Of a stretch of 64,000 bases of DNA, positions 38,468 to 47,743 are shown in pieces; the stretch's first letter is position 1; every line of letters starts with the position of its first letter. The notes below the pieces were generated by a model that did no database searches, was not told the DNA's origin, and was given only the letters and a program-made list of their open reading frames with translations. Made by a program: the position numbers and the translations under genes. The stretch is from an uncultured Gemmatimonadaceae bacterium. Lineage in GTDB: Bacteria; Gemmatimonadota; Gemmatimonadetes; Gemmatimonadales; Gemmatimonadaceae. The stretch lies in NCBI GenBank assembly GCA_963781585.1, contig CAWAGQ010000008.1, forward strand, positions 160,001-224,000, in the 5' to 3' direction.

Positions 38468-40377
38468 CTGGGTTGCGCGCGCGACTGCTTGCGGACGTTC
38501 CGGAGACGCCGAGCGAACGCACCGAGGAGCAGCATGCACGATACATCCTGGCGTACCTGCTCGACTGGCATCGGCGCGAGGACAAGGCAACCTGGTGGGA
38601 GTACTTTCGCCTGCGTGATCTGGCGGAAGAGGATCTGTTCGACGAGCCGCAGGCCGTGGCCGGGATGCGCTTCGTGGAGCGGGTCGAGGTGGTGCGGCGC
38701 AAGAAGGGCGGACGGCCGACCGGCTCGGTGATCGATCGCTACGAGTTTCCGTCACAGGAAATGGAGATACGGCGAGGAGCGGAACTCCACCTGCTCACCG
38801 CTGACGCTGAGAACGCGGATACCGACGAAGGGTCCCGCGGCAGGTCCCGCACCAGCGGGACCAGGTTTGGCGAGGTCGTGAAAGTCGATCGGGCCGCGCA
38901 AACGATCGACGTGAAGAAGGGCCCCACGCAGGCGGAGAATCATCCATCGGCCGTCTTCGCGCATAAACACATCTCGGCCCAGATCCTTGAGGACGCGATC
39001 TTCCGCATCGGCGAGCGCAGCGCCCAGGACGGGCGAGTGGACGCCGGATCGTCATCGGCCGCGCGCGATCTCTTGCTCGCACGCACACCGCGACTCCATG
39101 GCGCCACCTTCGCATCGCGCGACGGCGAGCCCGTCACCGACTGCGCCGTCCGACTCGCCGGCGATCTCGACCACACGGTGCTGGCCATCCAGGGGCCGCC
39201 TGGTTCCGGGAAGACGTACACGGGTGCACGGATGATCTGTGCCCTGGTGACGAAGGGGAGGAAAGTCGGCGTCACTGCGAACAGCCACAAGGTGATCCGC
39301 AATCTGCTCGATGCGGTCGCGGAGGAAGCGGCACGGCAGAGCATTAATGTTCGGCCCTCGCACAAGGTGAATGATGGCGCCGATGACGACGACGATCGCG
39401 CTGACGGCGACGACGGTCACGCGATGACCGTTCGCGAAGTGGGTGACAATGGCGAAGCGCTTCGCCAGCTGGAGTCGGGCGATGCCAACGTGCTCGGTGG
39501 CACTGCCTGGCTCTGGTCACGGTCGGAATTCGCAGGCTCGGTGGACGTGCTGTTCGTCGATGAGGCCGCGCAGATGTCGCTCGCGAACGCCGTCGCCGCC
39601 TCGCACGCCGCGAACAGCGTCGTCCTGCTGGGCGATCCCCAGCAGCTCGCGCAGCCAATCAAGGGCAGTCACCCCGACGGCGCCGGCGTCTCGGCGCTCG
39701 AACACATGCTGGGCGGGCACAAGACCATGCCGCCGGATCGCGGCCTCTTCCTGCCCGTCACCTGGCGGCTCGCGCCGAGCATCTGCGCGTTCACGTCCGA
39801 GCTGTTCTATGAATCGCGTCTCCAGTCGAAAGCCGGATTGGAGCTACAGCGGCTCGTGGGCGCGTTCGAGGGCGCGGGCCTCTGGCTGGCGGAGGTGGAT
39901 CACGACGGGAACCGCAACTCCTCGCAGGAGGAAATCGACATCGTCGCTGATCTCGTGCAGCGCCTGACGTCGCCCGGCGTGCAATGGGTGAACGAGAAGG
40001 GCGAGGCCGCACAACTGAAAGGCGAGAACATCCTGGTGGTGGCGCCGTACAACGCACAGGTAAGTCGCCTCGCCGAGCAGCTCGCGGGTACCGGTGCGCG
40101 GGTCGGGACCGTGGACAGGTTCCAGGGGCAAGAGGCGCCGGTCGTCATCTATTCGATGGCCACGTCGCGACCCGAGGATGCCCCACGCGGAATGGAGTTT
40201 CTGTACAGCCTCAACCGGCTCAACGTGGCGACGTCACGGGCGCGGTGCGCGGCCATCCTCGTGGCGAGTCCCCGGTTGTTCGAGCCGGAGTGCGGGACTC
40301 CGCGCCAGATGAAGCTGGCCAATGCACTGTGCCGGTTCCGGGAGCTGGCGCGGCAGGTGCAGGAAGCCGCGACATGA
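38464..40377 (+). CDS. Superfamily 1 (Upf1/Dna2-like) helicase (C-terminal half of a split TM0106 nuclease-helicase)
   Basis: LLDWHRREDKATWWEYF, QGPPGSGKT, LFVDEAAQ, LLGDPQQL, APYNAQ, GTVDRFQGQE, NRLNVATSRAR; GTG at 38464 overlaps the upstream TGA (frame open from 38353). Confidence 0.88.
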   Translation: MTGLRARLLADVPETPSERTEEQHARYILAYLLDWHRREDKATWWEYFRLRDLAEEDLFDEPQAVAGMRFVERVEVVRRKKGGRPTGSVIDRYEFPSQEMEIRRGAELHLLTADAENADTDEGSRGRSRTSGTRFGEVVKVDRAAQTIDVKKGPTQAENHPSAVFAHKHISAQILEDAIFRIGERSAQDGRVDAGSSSAARDLLLARTPRLHGATFASRDGEPVTDCAVRLAGDLDHTVLAIQGPPGSGKTYTGARMICALVTKGRKVGVTANSHKVIRNLLDAVAEEAARQSINVRPSHKVNDGADDDDDRADGDDGHAMTVREVGDNGEALRQLESGDANVLGGTAWLWSRSEFAGSVDVLFVDEAAQMSLANAVAASHAANSVVLLGDPQQLAQPIKGSHPDGAGVSALEHMLGGHKTMPPDRGLFLPVTWRLAPSICAFTSELFYESRLQSKAGLELQRLVGAFEGAGLWLAEVDHDGNRNSSQEEIDIVADLVQRLTSPGVQWVNEKGEAAQLKGENILVVAPYNAQVSRLAEQLAGTGARVGTVDRFQGQEAPVVIYSMATSRPEDAPRGMEFLYSLNRLNVATSRARCAAILVASPRLFEPECGTPRQMKLANALCRFRELARQVQEAAT

Positions 40378-41236
40378 TCCGGCACGAACAGCTTGCGGTA
40401 TTTCGACAGGTCGCCGCGAACGACTCCGGAACGAGGCTCGATGGGCCCTTCCCACCGTCCTGGTTGCGCTCATGATGCTCGCCGCAACGGCGGTGGCGCG
40501 GGGAGATGGCGGACCTGGACGCGCGCGATCGCAGGCCGGCATCAACGCGCAGCTTCTCGTCGGCCCGCTGCAGGTCCACCCGTATCGAGGTCAGCACGTT
40601 GCGCACCTCGTGGGACAGCGACGCCAGTCGCCAAGTCGATGCTGCCGACCGATGTTGGAGTGCGGGCGGCGACAACGAAGTGCTGCTTCGTGCCGCCGAC
40701 CGGTCGATCCTGCCCCACGTTCCCGCCGGGAGCCCGAACTGCCCGGTCTCCCCCGCCGGACCTCGATAGCTGCTGTGGCCTAACGCGGCGTCGCCAGCTG
40801 CGGCAGAGAATAGCGTAAACTCACCGTCGTAGGCCGCCCGCCGCCCTGGCGCGGCAGGAACCGAGAAGAGCGTCTCGGGCTTCCCACCGTCGATCGGCAC
40901 GCGCTGAACCACCGAGCCCGCCGCTGCCGTCGCAGGCAGATGCGTGTACAGATACCTCCCGTCCGCGGTCCAGTCCACGTACGACAGACTCAGATCGTAA
41001 TGGGCGACAACGCGCTCGGGGCCCCCGCTCACGGGAACGATCGCCAGGTCATGGCTCTGCGACGTACCAAGCCCCGTTTCTCTCCCGATGGCAAGCTGAT
41101 CGCCTTTGTGGTTGTCCCAGACTTCGACGCCGGGTAGCGAGGCCACCTCACGCAGCACGGGCTTCTGCGCGCCTGCGGCGAGGGGGATCATCGCGCACGC
41201 AATCATGAGGGTGCGATTCATGGCTCCGGGCTTCAT
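40220..41236 (-). pseudogene. Chimeric or degenerate ORF: truncated secreted TolB/WD40-like protein joined to a HisKA fragment
   Basis: Signal peptide; LAIVPVSGGPERVV..VDWTADGRYLY..VPIDGGKPE; later LASLSHEVRNVLTSIRVDLQRA; tail overlaps the helicase 3' end on the opposite strand. Confidence 0.5.
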
Positions 41237-41455
41237 GGGGCGGCCTCCGGGAGGATTGAGCGCCCGGGGTTGAGCGCGTCGCTCCCTTCTCCCAATCACG
41301 CCGCGTACCACGGTGGGGGCGCCACGTAACTTGCGGCCGGAACGCGAGTTGGAAAATGGGGACGGCTGTCCTTCGCAGCGGCGAGCGTCACGGTTCGTGC
41401 CGTCCGCTCGCGTCGCTCGTTACGCCGCCATGGCCGGCGCCTGCGCGCCTTGCGC

Positions 41456-43543
41456 CTACTGGATCACCCGCGTCGGCACCGTCCGGTTGGTGAACGTCCC
41501 GTCCCCCACAAACCCCTGCTCGTTGTCGCCCCAACAGTAGATCGCACCCGCCGTCGTCAGGCCGCACACTCCGAGCGCACCGGCCAGGATGCTCGCCCAC
41601 GTGGCTCCCGGCGGCGCCGCCACCGGAATGGGCACGTTAGTGTTGGCACCGCCGCCGTTGCCCAGCTCTCCGTCGACGTTTCGTCCCCAGCAGTATCCCT
41701 GTCCGCCGCTGACTCCGCAGCCGACGGATATGCCGGCCGACATCATGCTCCATACCGCAACCCCAGTCACCTGGACAGGCACACTGCTTCCGCCACCCGG
41801 CGGGCTTCCATCCCCCAGCTGTCCGTACAGATCGCTCCCCCAGCAGTACGCCACCATTCCCGACGTGAGCCCGCACATGGTCGAGAACATCGACGTCAGG
41901 CTCGCGAACTGCAGCGGCGCCACCCCGGTCCCTTGCGTCTTCACGACCGCGAGTGAGCCGCTCTGCGTGCCGTCGCCCAGAATGCCGCCGGAGTTGTCGC
42001 CCCAGCAGTACACAGCACGTGTGACGTTCACGATCCCGCAGGTGGCCAGATCGGTCGCTTCGACCGCGACAAAGAGCAACGGGGCCACTCCGCTCCCCAC
42101 CACTTTCGTCGGAGTGCCGCGATCGGTGGTCGTGCCGTCCCCGAGCTGGCCGAAATCGTTCCGCCCCCAGCAGTAGATCGCCTGATCGGTCGCCAGTCCG
42201 CAGGTGTGATCACCCCCGGCGCTGATCCGCGTGATCACCAGGCCGCCCGGCCCGGTGCCCGGCACCTTCGTAGGATTCGCCACGATCTGCACGCCCGGCA
42301 CCCCGGTCTCGCCGTTGAAGTTCGCGCCCCAGCAGTACACCGAGCCGTCGTTCACGCGGCCGCACCCGTGGGCTTTCCCAAGATCCACCTGGATGTAGCG
42401 CTCGGTCTCATTCACCATGTATGGCGCGGTCTCCACGTTCGCCGCTGCCGATGACCCGAGCTGGCCGTTGTAGTTCGGCCCCCAGCAGTACCACGCATGC
42501 ACCGAGCGACCGCACGCGAACGGGATGCCGTACGTGTTGCTGCCCCCCACGACCACCGCGTCGAACACCGCATGCGCGTCGAACGCCGCGCTCTCGGCGT
42601 TCACCGTCCCGGCGGTCGCCTTGAGCGTGTACCCCGGTCCCGGATGCCGCACCTTCACGTTGGTGAACGTGGCAACCCCGTCGGGAAGCAACGCCGTCGA
42701 GTTGATGTCGGCATCGAGCGTTCGCCCGTCGTCGAAGCTGTGTCCGATGCTGACCGTGACCGTGGCGCCGCCGGCCGGATTGTCGTACGTGTCCAGCGCC
42801 TTGACCTTCACGTCGGGCATCGGATCCAGGACCTGCACGTCCACGGGCTGCGTGACCCACGAGAGTTTCGCCACGGGTCCGGCGATGATGTCGAACGCCT
42901 GGCTGCTGGCGTCCTGAAGCCCCGATGACGTGGCCGCCAGTGTATAGCCGGTCGCCGCCTTTGTCATCGAGAGGCCCGAAAACGTCGCCACGCCACCCAC
43001 TGCCTGCTGGCTCACGCCTCCTGTCAACGTTGTGCTTCCGGGATTGGCCCCGAGCGCCAGTGCCACAGTCGCCGTCGACGCCGTCACAAGCAGATTCTGT
43101 GCATCGCGTACCTCGACCTTCACCGCCGGTGCAATGCCTTGTCCGGCGGCGGTGGTCGATGGCTGTACCGAAAACACCAGATGCGTCCCGTCCTGTCGTA
43201 CCGTGATCTCCGCGGACCCGCTCTTGCTGTCGACCGTGGCGGTGATCGTCGCCGTCCCGGCCGACACCGCCGTCGCCAGTCCGCCTGACGACACCGTGGC
43301 AACGCCGTTGGCCGAGGAACTCCACGAAAAAGTCTTCCCGCTCAGCACGGTGCCCTGGGAGTTCCTCGCCGAGGCGCTCAACTGCTGCGTGCCGCCGATC
43401 GTCGTGATCGTTGCCTGCGATGGCGAGACCTCCACCGTGGCCACCGCATTCTTGTCGGGACCCGAGCCACCGTCGCCGTGTGAACAGGCAGCGCCACACA
43501 CCAGGACAGCCGCAGTGACGATACGGGCGGAAAACCGAATCAT
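41456..43543 (-). CDS. Lipoprotein with Ig-like (Big_2) domains and an RCC1-like beta-propeller
   Basis: Lipobox GAAC; FSWSSSANGVATVSSGG; repeated CG...YCWGxNxxGQLG RCC1 units. Confidence 0.9.
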   Translation of the reverse strand: MIRFSARIVTAAVLVCGAACSHGDGGSGPDKNAVATVEVSPSQATITTIGGTQQLSASARNSQGTVLSGKTFSWSSSANGVATVSSGGLATAVSAGTATITATVDSKSGSAEITVRQDGTHLVFSVQPSTTAAGQGIAPAVKVEVRDAQNLLVTASTATVALALGANPGSTTLTGGVSQQAVGGVATFSGLSMTKAATGYTLAATSSGLQDASSQAFDIIAGPVAKLSWVTQPVDVQVLDPMPDVKVKALDTYDNPAGGATVTVSIGHSFDDGRTLDADINSTALLPDGVATFTNVKVRHPGPGYTLKATAGTVNAESAAFDAHAVFDAVVVGGSNTYGIPFACGRSVHAWYCWGPNYNGQLGSSAAANVETAPYMVNETERYIQVDLGKAHGCGRVNDGSVYCWGANFNGETGVPGVQIVANPTKVPGTGPGGLVITRISAGGDHTCGLATDQAIYCWGRNDFGQLGDGTTTDRGTPTKVVGSGVAPLLFVAVEATDLATCGIVNVTRAVYCWGDNSGGILGDGTQSGSLAVVKTQGTGVAPLQFASLTSMFSTMCGLTSGMVAYCWGSDLYGQLGDGSPPGGGSSVPVQVTGVAVWSMMSAGISVGCGVSGGQGYCWGRNVDGELGNGGGANTNVPIPVAAPPGATWASILAGALGVCGLTTAGAIYCWGDNEQGFVGDGTFTNRTVPTRVIQ

Positions 43544-44190
43544 GGCATGATCTCCACTCGAAATACCGCGTCAAAGTTGATTGAGCCCGCGGCAATGATC
43601 AGTGTGCCCGGTCACCGCTCCGGCCCGTCCCCGCCCTCCCAATCACCACTCGTTCTTCACCTCAGGATGCCGTGTCGCCGCGATCCCGGCACCGGCTTGC
43701 TTTCCAGTATATGGTCCGCTGTCCCGTCGCAAGCCCCGACGTTGACCCGGAGCCGGCGGCGTCCCACTCTGGGGACGTGCCCGAACCGGATTTGCCATGC
43801 CACGCGTCGCCAATTCTCTGCGCTCCCTGCGTGCCGCCACGCCGTCAGCAATCGTGCGGGAGCCTGGCGGGCAGTTCTTCTCACAGGTCGCACGCTCGAC
43901 GCTGCTCGCCGCTCTCGGGTGGACGGCCGCCTGTGCCCCGTCGACTTCGGCGCGAGGAACCGACAGCACGGATCGCAGCGATTCCGGCACCTTGGCGCAG
44001 GCGGCGACTCGTGTTCCCGCCGATGTGCGCGCGGTCTGCGATTCGGTCACGGCGAGCTGGCGCCTGATTCCATCCGCGAAGGTGGCGCGCACGGATTCGA
44101 CTGTCTCGCCGCGACCCACCCGTCACCGTTCTGGGCGGAGTCCACCCACTGCTGGCGCCATCCCCGTCCGCTCAGCGTCAGCGACACCGC

Positions 44191-44430
44191 TCATCCGTTA
44201 GACACAGCGCCAACCCCTGCCGGAGCCGTCACCGGCGCAACCATCCGGTCCGAGCCACCGAAGAAACCTCCAGACTCGAGTCGCTGGTGAATGGCGTGGA
44301 CCGGAGTCCCTGAGTCCACCCATGACCAGAACGGCACGAGGGCAAACGTCCCGAGGAATGTCACGGGAACGGCGCCGGCGAGAATCCCGACGACGCCGAC
44401 GACAAACGCGAGGATCGTCCGGCGCGACAT
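44191..44430 (-). CDS. Possible small membrane protein or gene remnant
   Basis: MSRRTILAFVVGVVGILAGAVPVTFLGTFALVPFWSW hydrophobic N-terminus; no recognisable motif. Confidence 0.3.
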   Translation of the reverse strand: MSRRTILAFVVGVVGILAGAVPVTFLGTFALVPFWSWVDSGTPVHAIHQRLESGGFFGGSDRMVAPVTAPAGVGAVSNG

Positions 44431-44583
44431 CCGACAATGATACGTCGCCAGCCCCCGATTCCCGCAGGTTGAGGGGGCAACCGCCGAATGACGGTCGGGC
44501 CTCGGGTCGTCCCCCGCGGCTTGTACTTGCCCGACGGCCGGTGCCATGTTGGTGTCGTCTTCCACAACCCGAAGGAGCGGAAC

Positions 44584-47500
44584 GTGTTGAAACTCCCCCT
44601 GGCGCACCGCCCAACCGGTCGCCCGTTCGCCTGGCGTACCCTCGCCCTCCTGCCCGCATTCCCCATCCTCTTCCCGTTGGCCTCCGCGCCCGCCCAAGGC
44701 GGCGCGACCGCCGGTGGGCAGACCGCGCCGCTCACCGCCGCGAACGGCAAGAAGGTCCTGACGGTGAACGATTACGCCCGGTGGCGCAACATCGAGGGCG
44801 CAGAGATCTCCAGCGACGGCAACTGGGTGGCGTACGTCCTCCGGTTGACCAATACGCTACCTAACGATTCGAAGCCGGTCCTCCACATCCTCAACCTCGC
44901 CTCCAACCAGGATGTGGCGATCGCGAACGCCAGCGACGGGACGTTTTCTCCGGACGCCCGCTGGATCGTCTACCAGGTGGATTCCATGCCGGCACGCGCG
45001 GGACGCGGCGGACGCGGAGCCGGCGCTCCCGGCGGGAATCCGCCCGGAGACACCTCCGGCGTCACGCCGCCCACCGCTCCTCCCGCTCCCCAGCCCACTC
45101 CCGGAGCATCGTCCGCCCAGGGGCGCGCTGGCGGCGCGGCCGCACCCCAGCCGATCCACCGCATGGAGCTGCGCGAGCTCGCCACCGGCCGCACGCAGCG
45201 ATGGCAGGAGATGCAGTCCGCGACCTTTTCGGCGGCGTCCACGCACCTGCTCCTGCGGCGCCGGCCCGGAGGACCGACCGGCGGCCGCGGCGGACGCGGC
45301 GGTGGACCGGGCGGTCCCGGCGGCGCCGGAGGCGGCGCGGGGAATGAGACCAACACGCCCGCCGGCACCGACGCCGTGCTGCACAACCTCACGACCGGAC
45401 GCAGCCAGTTCCTGGGCAGCGTGGGCGATGCATCCTTCAATAGAAAGGGCGACCTGCTCGCCTACACCGTCGACGCGAGCGTGAGGGACGGGAACGGCGT
45501 CTTCGTGGTCGATCTCCACAGCGGCGGCACCTTTCCGCTCGACAACGACGACCGGACCTACAACCGTCTCGCCTGGAGCGACGACGGCTCGGGTCTGGCC
45601 GTGCTCAAGGGCAAGGAAACCGACAAGATGCGCGAGCGCCAGAACGTCCTGATGGTGTTCTCCGACGTTCGTGGCTCGTTAGGCGAGCCGGAACTCACCC
45701 CGGCCGTCCTCGATCCGGCAGCTGCACCCGGTTTCCCGAAGGGATTCGTGGTGAGCGATCGCGCCCCCCTCGCCTGGAGCGAAGACAACAAGCGCGTCTT
45801 CTTCGGCACCATCCCGGAGTCGCCGGCCCAGGACACCGCCCGTCGCCGCAGTACCGATTCGATCCCGGATGTGGACGTCTGGCGCACGGCTGATGAACGC
45901 ATCCAGTCGGTCCAGATGATCCGCGCCAACGCCGACCGGAACTTCTCCTTCCGCGAGGCGTTCGACCTGGCGGCGGCGAAGTTCGTGCCGCTCTCCGATT
46001 CCACCATGCGCGACCTCGAGGTCGCACCCGACGGCCGCTGGGCGGTGGGCCGTGATCCGCGCGCCTACGTCTCCGACTACCAGGCGCCCGCGGCGGACAT
46101 TTATCGGGTGAATACCTCCACCGGCGAGCGCACGCTGATGCTGAAGGATCAGCTCATCGGACAGCACGTCTTCGGCATCTCGCCGGACGGAAAGGAGTTC
46201 CTCTACTGGAAGGACAGCAAGTTCCAGGCGTACGATCTCGATGCCGGCACATCCAGAACGCTGGGAACCGGCGCGCCCAGCTTCGTGGACGAGGACTACG
46301 ACCATCCGGGCCCCAGGCCGTCCTATGGCCTCGAAGGCTATGCCAAGGATGGCAGTGGACTCGTGGTCGCGCACAAGTATGACCTCTGGCTCCTCCCGCT
46401 CGACGGCGCCGCGCCGGCACGCAATCTCACCAACGGCGTCGGCAGCCGGGGAGAGATCCGGTTCCGCTACGTCCGCACCGAACCGATCGACTCGATGGCC
46501 CCGCGACGCGTGCGTACGGGCGACGAGATCGACCTGTCGAAACCGGTCACCCTCTCCGCCTACGGCGAGTACACCAAGAAGGCCGGCTTCTACCAGCTCG
46601 ACCACGGCCAACTGAGGGAGATCGTCTACGACGACGCGGCCTTCAGCACGCCGAATCGCGCCACCCACGCCGACAAGTTCCTGTTCACCCGGCAGACGTT
46701 CGTCGAATTCCCCGACCTCCGCGTCTCGGGGCCGGACTTCAAGGATTCGAAAAAGATCACCGACGCCAATCCTCAGCAGGCCGAATACAATTGGGGCCAC
46801 CGAATCCTGTTCGACTTCAGGAACAAGGACGGCCGCCGGTTGCAGGGCATTCTGGCACTGCCTGACGACTACAAGCCCGGTGAAAAGCGGCCGATGATCG
46901 TCAACTTCTACGAGAAGAACTCGCAGAACCTCCACCGCTACTCGGCGCCGTCGTTCCTCGCCAGCATGGGATCGTCGCCGATCGAGGCCGTGAGCCGTGG
47001 ATACATCACGATGCTCCCCGACGTCTACTTCCACACCGGCATGTCCCACAGCGACATGCTCGATTGTGTCGAGGCGGCCACCCGGAAGGTGATCGAGATG
47101 GGGTACGTCGATCCGAAGCATATCGGCATCAACGGCCACAGCTACGGCGGCGAGGGCGTGGCGTTCATCGGGACGCGCTCGCGGCTGTTCGCCGCGGTCG
47201 GCATGGGCGCCGGTGTGACCGACCTCTTCACCGACTTCAGCCAGAGTTGGGGATGGTCGTACCAGGTCACCGGTGGGAGCGGCGCCAACGGCAACCAGTA
47301 CTATCTCTATGGGCAGGGGCGGTGGGGGGTGTCACCGTGGGACAAGCCCGAGCTGTACCACTTCGAATCCGCCCTCACCCACGTCCGCGAAGTCACCGCG
47401 CCGTTCCTCATCATGCACGGCACGGCTGATCCCACCGTGTCGTTCAGCGAAGGGATGAATTTCTACAACGCCCTCCGCTACAACGGAAAGAACGCCATCC

Positions 47501-47673
47501 TGCTCGCCTACCCGGGCGAGGGACACGGACTCCGCGGACTCGCGAACCGGAGAGATCTCACCATTCGGTTCTTCGAGTTCTTCGACCACTACCTCAAGGG
47601 TGCGCCCGCGCCGAAGTGGATGACCGACGAAGTGCCGTTCCTCAAGAAGGACATGACCAAGGACCCCGGATAG
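44584..47673 (+). CDS. S9-family (prolyl oligopeptidase/acylaminoacyl peptidase-like) secreted peptidase
   Basis: INGHSYGG nucleophile, MHGTADPTV, YPGEGHGL; AAGGAG upstream of GTG 44584. Confidence 0.9.
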   Translation: MLKLPLAHRPTGRPFAWRTLALLPAFPILFPLASAPAQGGATAGGQTAPLTAANGKKVLTVNDYARWRNIEGAEISSDGNWVAYVLRLTNTLPNDSKPVLHILNLASNQDVAIANASDGTFSPDARWIVYQVDSMPARAGRGGRGAGAPGGNPPGDTSGVTPPTAPPAPQPTPGASSAQGRAGGAAAPQPIHRMELRELATGRTQRWQEMQSATFSAASTHLLLRRRPGGPTGGRGGRGGGPGGPGGAGGGAGNETNTPAGTDAVLHNLTTGRSQFLGSVGDASFNRKGDLLAYTVDASVRDGNGVFVVDLHSGGTFPLDNDDRTYNRLAWSDDGSGLAVLKGKETDKMRERQNVLMVFSDVRGSLGEPELTPAVLDPAAAPGFPKGFVVSDRAPLAWSEDNKRVFFGTIPESPAQDTARRRSTDSIPDVDVWRTADERIQSVQMIRANADRNFSFREAFDLAAAKFVPLSDSTMRDLEVAPDGRWAVGRDPRAYVSDYQAPAADIYRVNTSTGERTLMLKDQLIGQHVFGISPDGKEFLYWKDSKFQAYDLDAGTSRTLGTGAPSFVDEDYDHPGPRPSYGLEGYAKDGSGLVVAHKYDLWLLPLDGAAPARNLTNGVGSRGEIRFRYVRTEPIDSMAPRRVRTGDEIDLSKPVTLSAYGEYTKKAGFYQLDHGQLREIVYDDAAFSTPNRATHADKFLFTRQTFVEFPDLRVSGPDFKDSKKITDANPQQAEYNWGHRILFDFRNKDGRRLQGILALPDDYKPGEKRPMIVNFYEKNSQNLHRYSAPSFLASMGSSPIEAVSRGYITMLPDVYFHTGMSHSDMLDCVEAATRKVIEMGYVDPKHIGINGHSYGGEGVAFIGTRSRLFAAVGMGAGVTDLFTDFSQSWGWSYQVTGGSGANGNQYYLYGQGRWGVSPWDKPELYHFESALTHVREVTAPFLIMHGTADPTVSFSEGMNFYNALRYNGKNAILLAYPGEGHGLRGLANRRDLTIRFFEFFDHYLKGAPAPKWMTDEVPFLKKDMTKDPG

Positions 47674-47743
47674 GACACGACACCGGGGCCATGAACGCGG
47701 GGGCGGGTGGATGTCCCACTCGCCCCGCTGTCCGGGAGGCTCC

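Noticed and set aside
43547..44290. Overlapping plus-strand ORFs, one with a lipobox-like LGWTAAC
   Set aside because: No clear start, RBS or motif; may be debris but cannot be supported.
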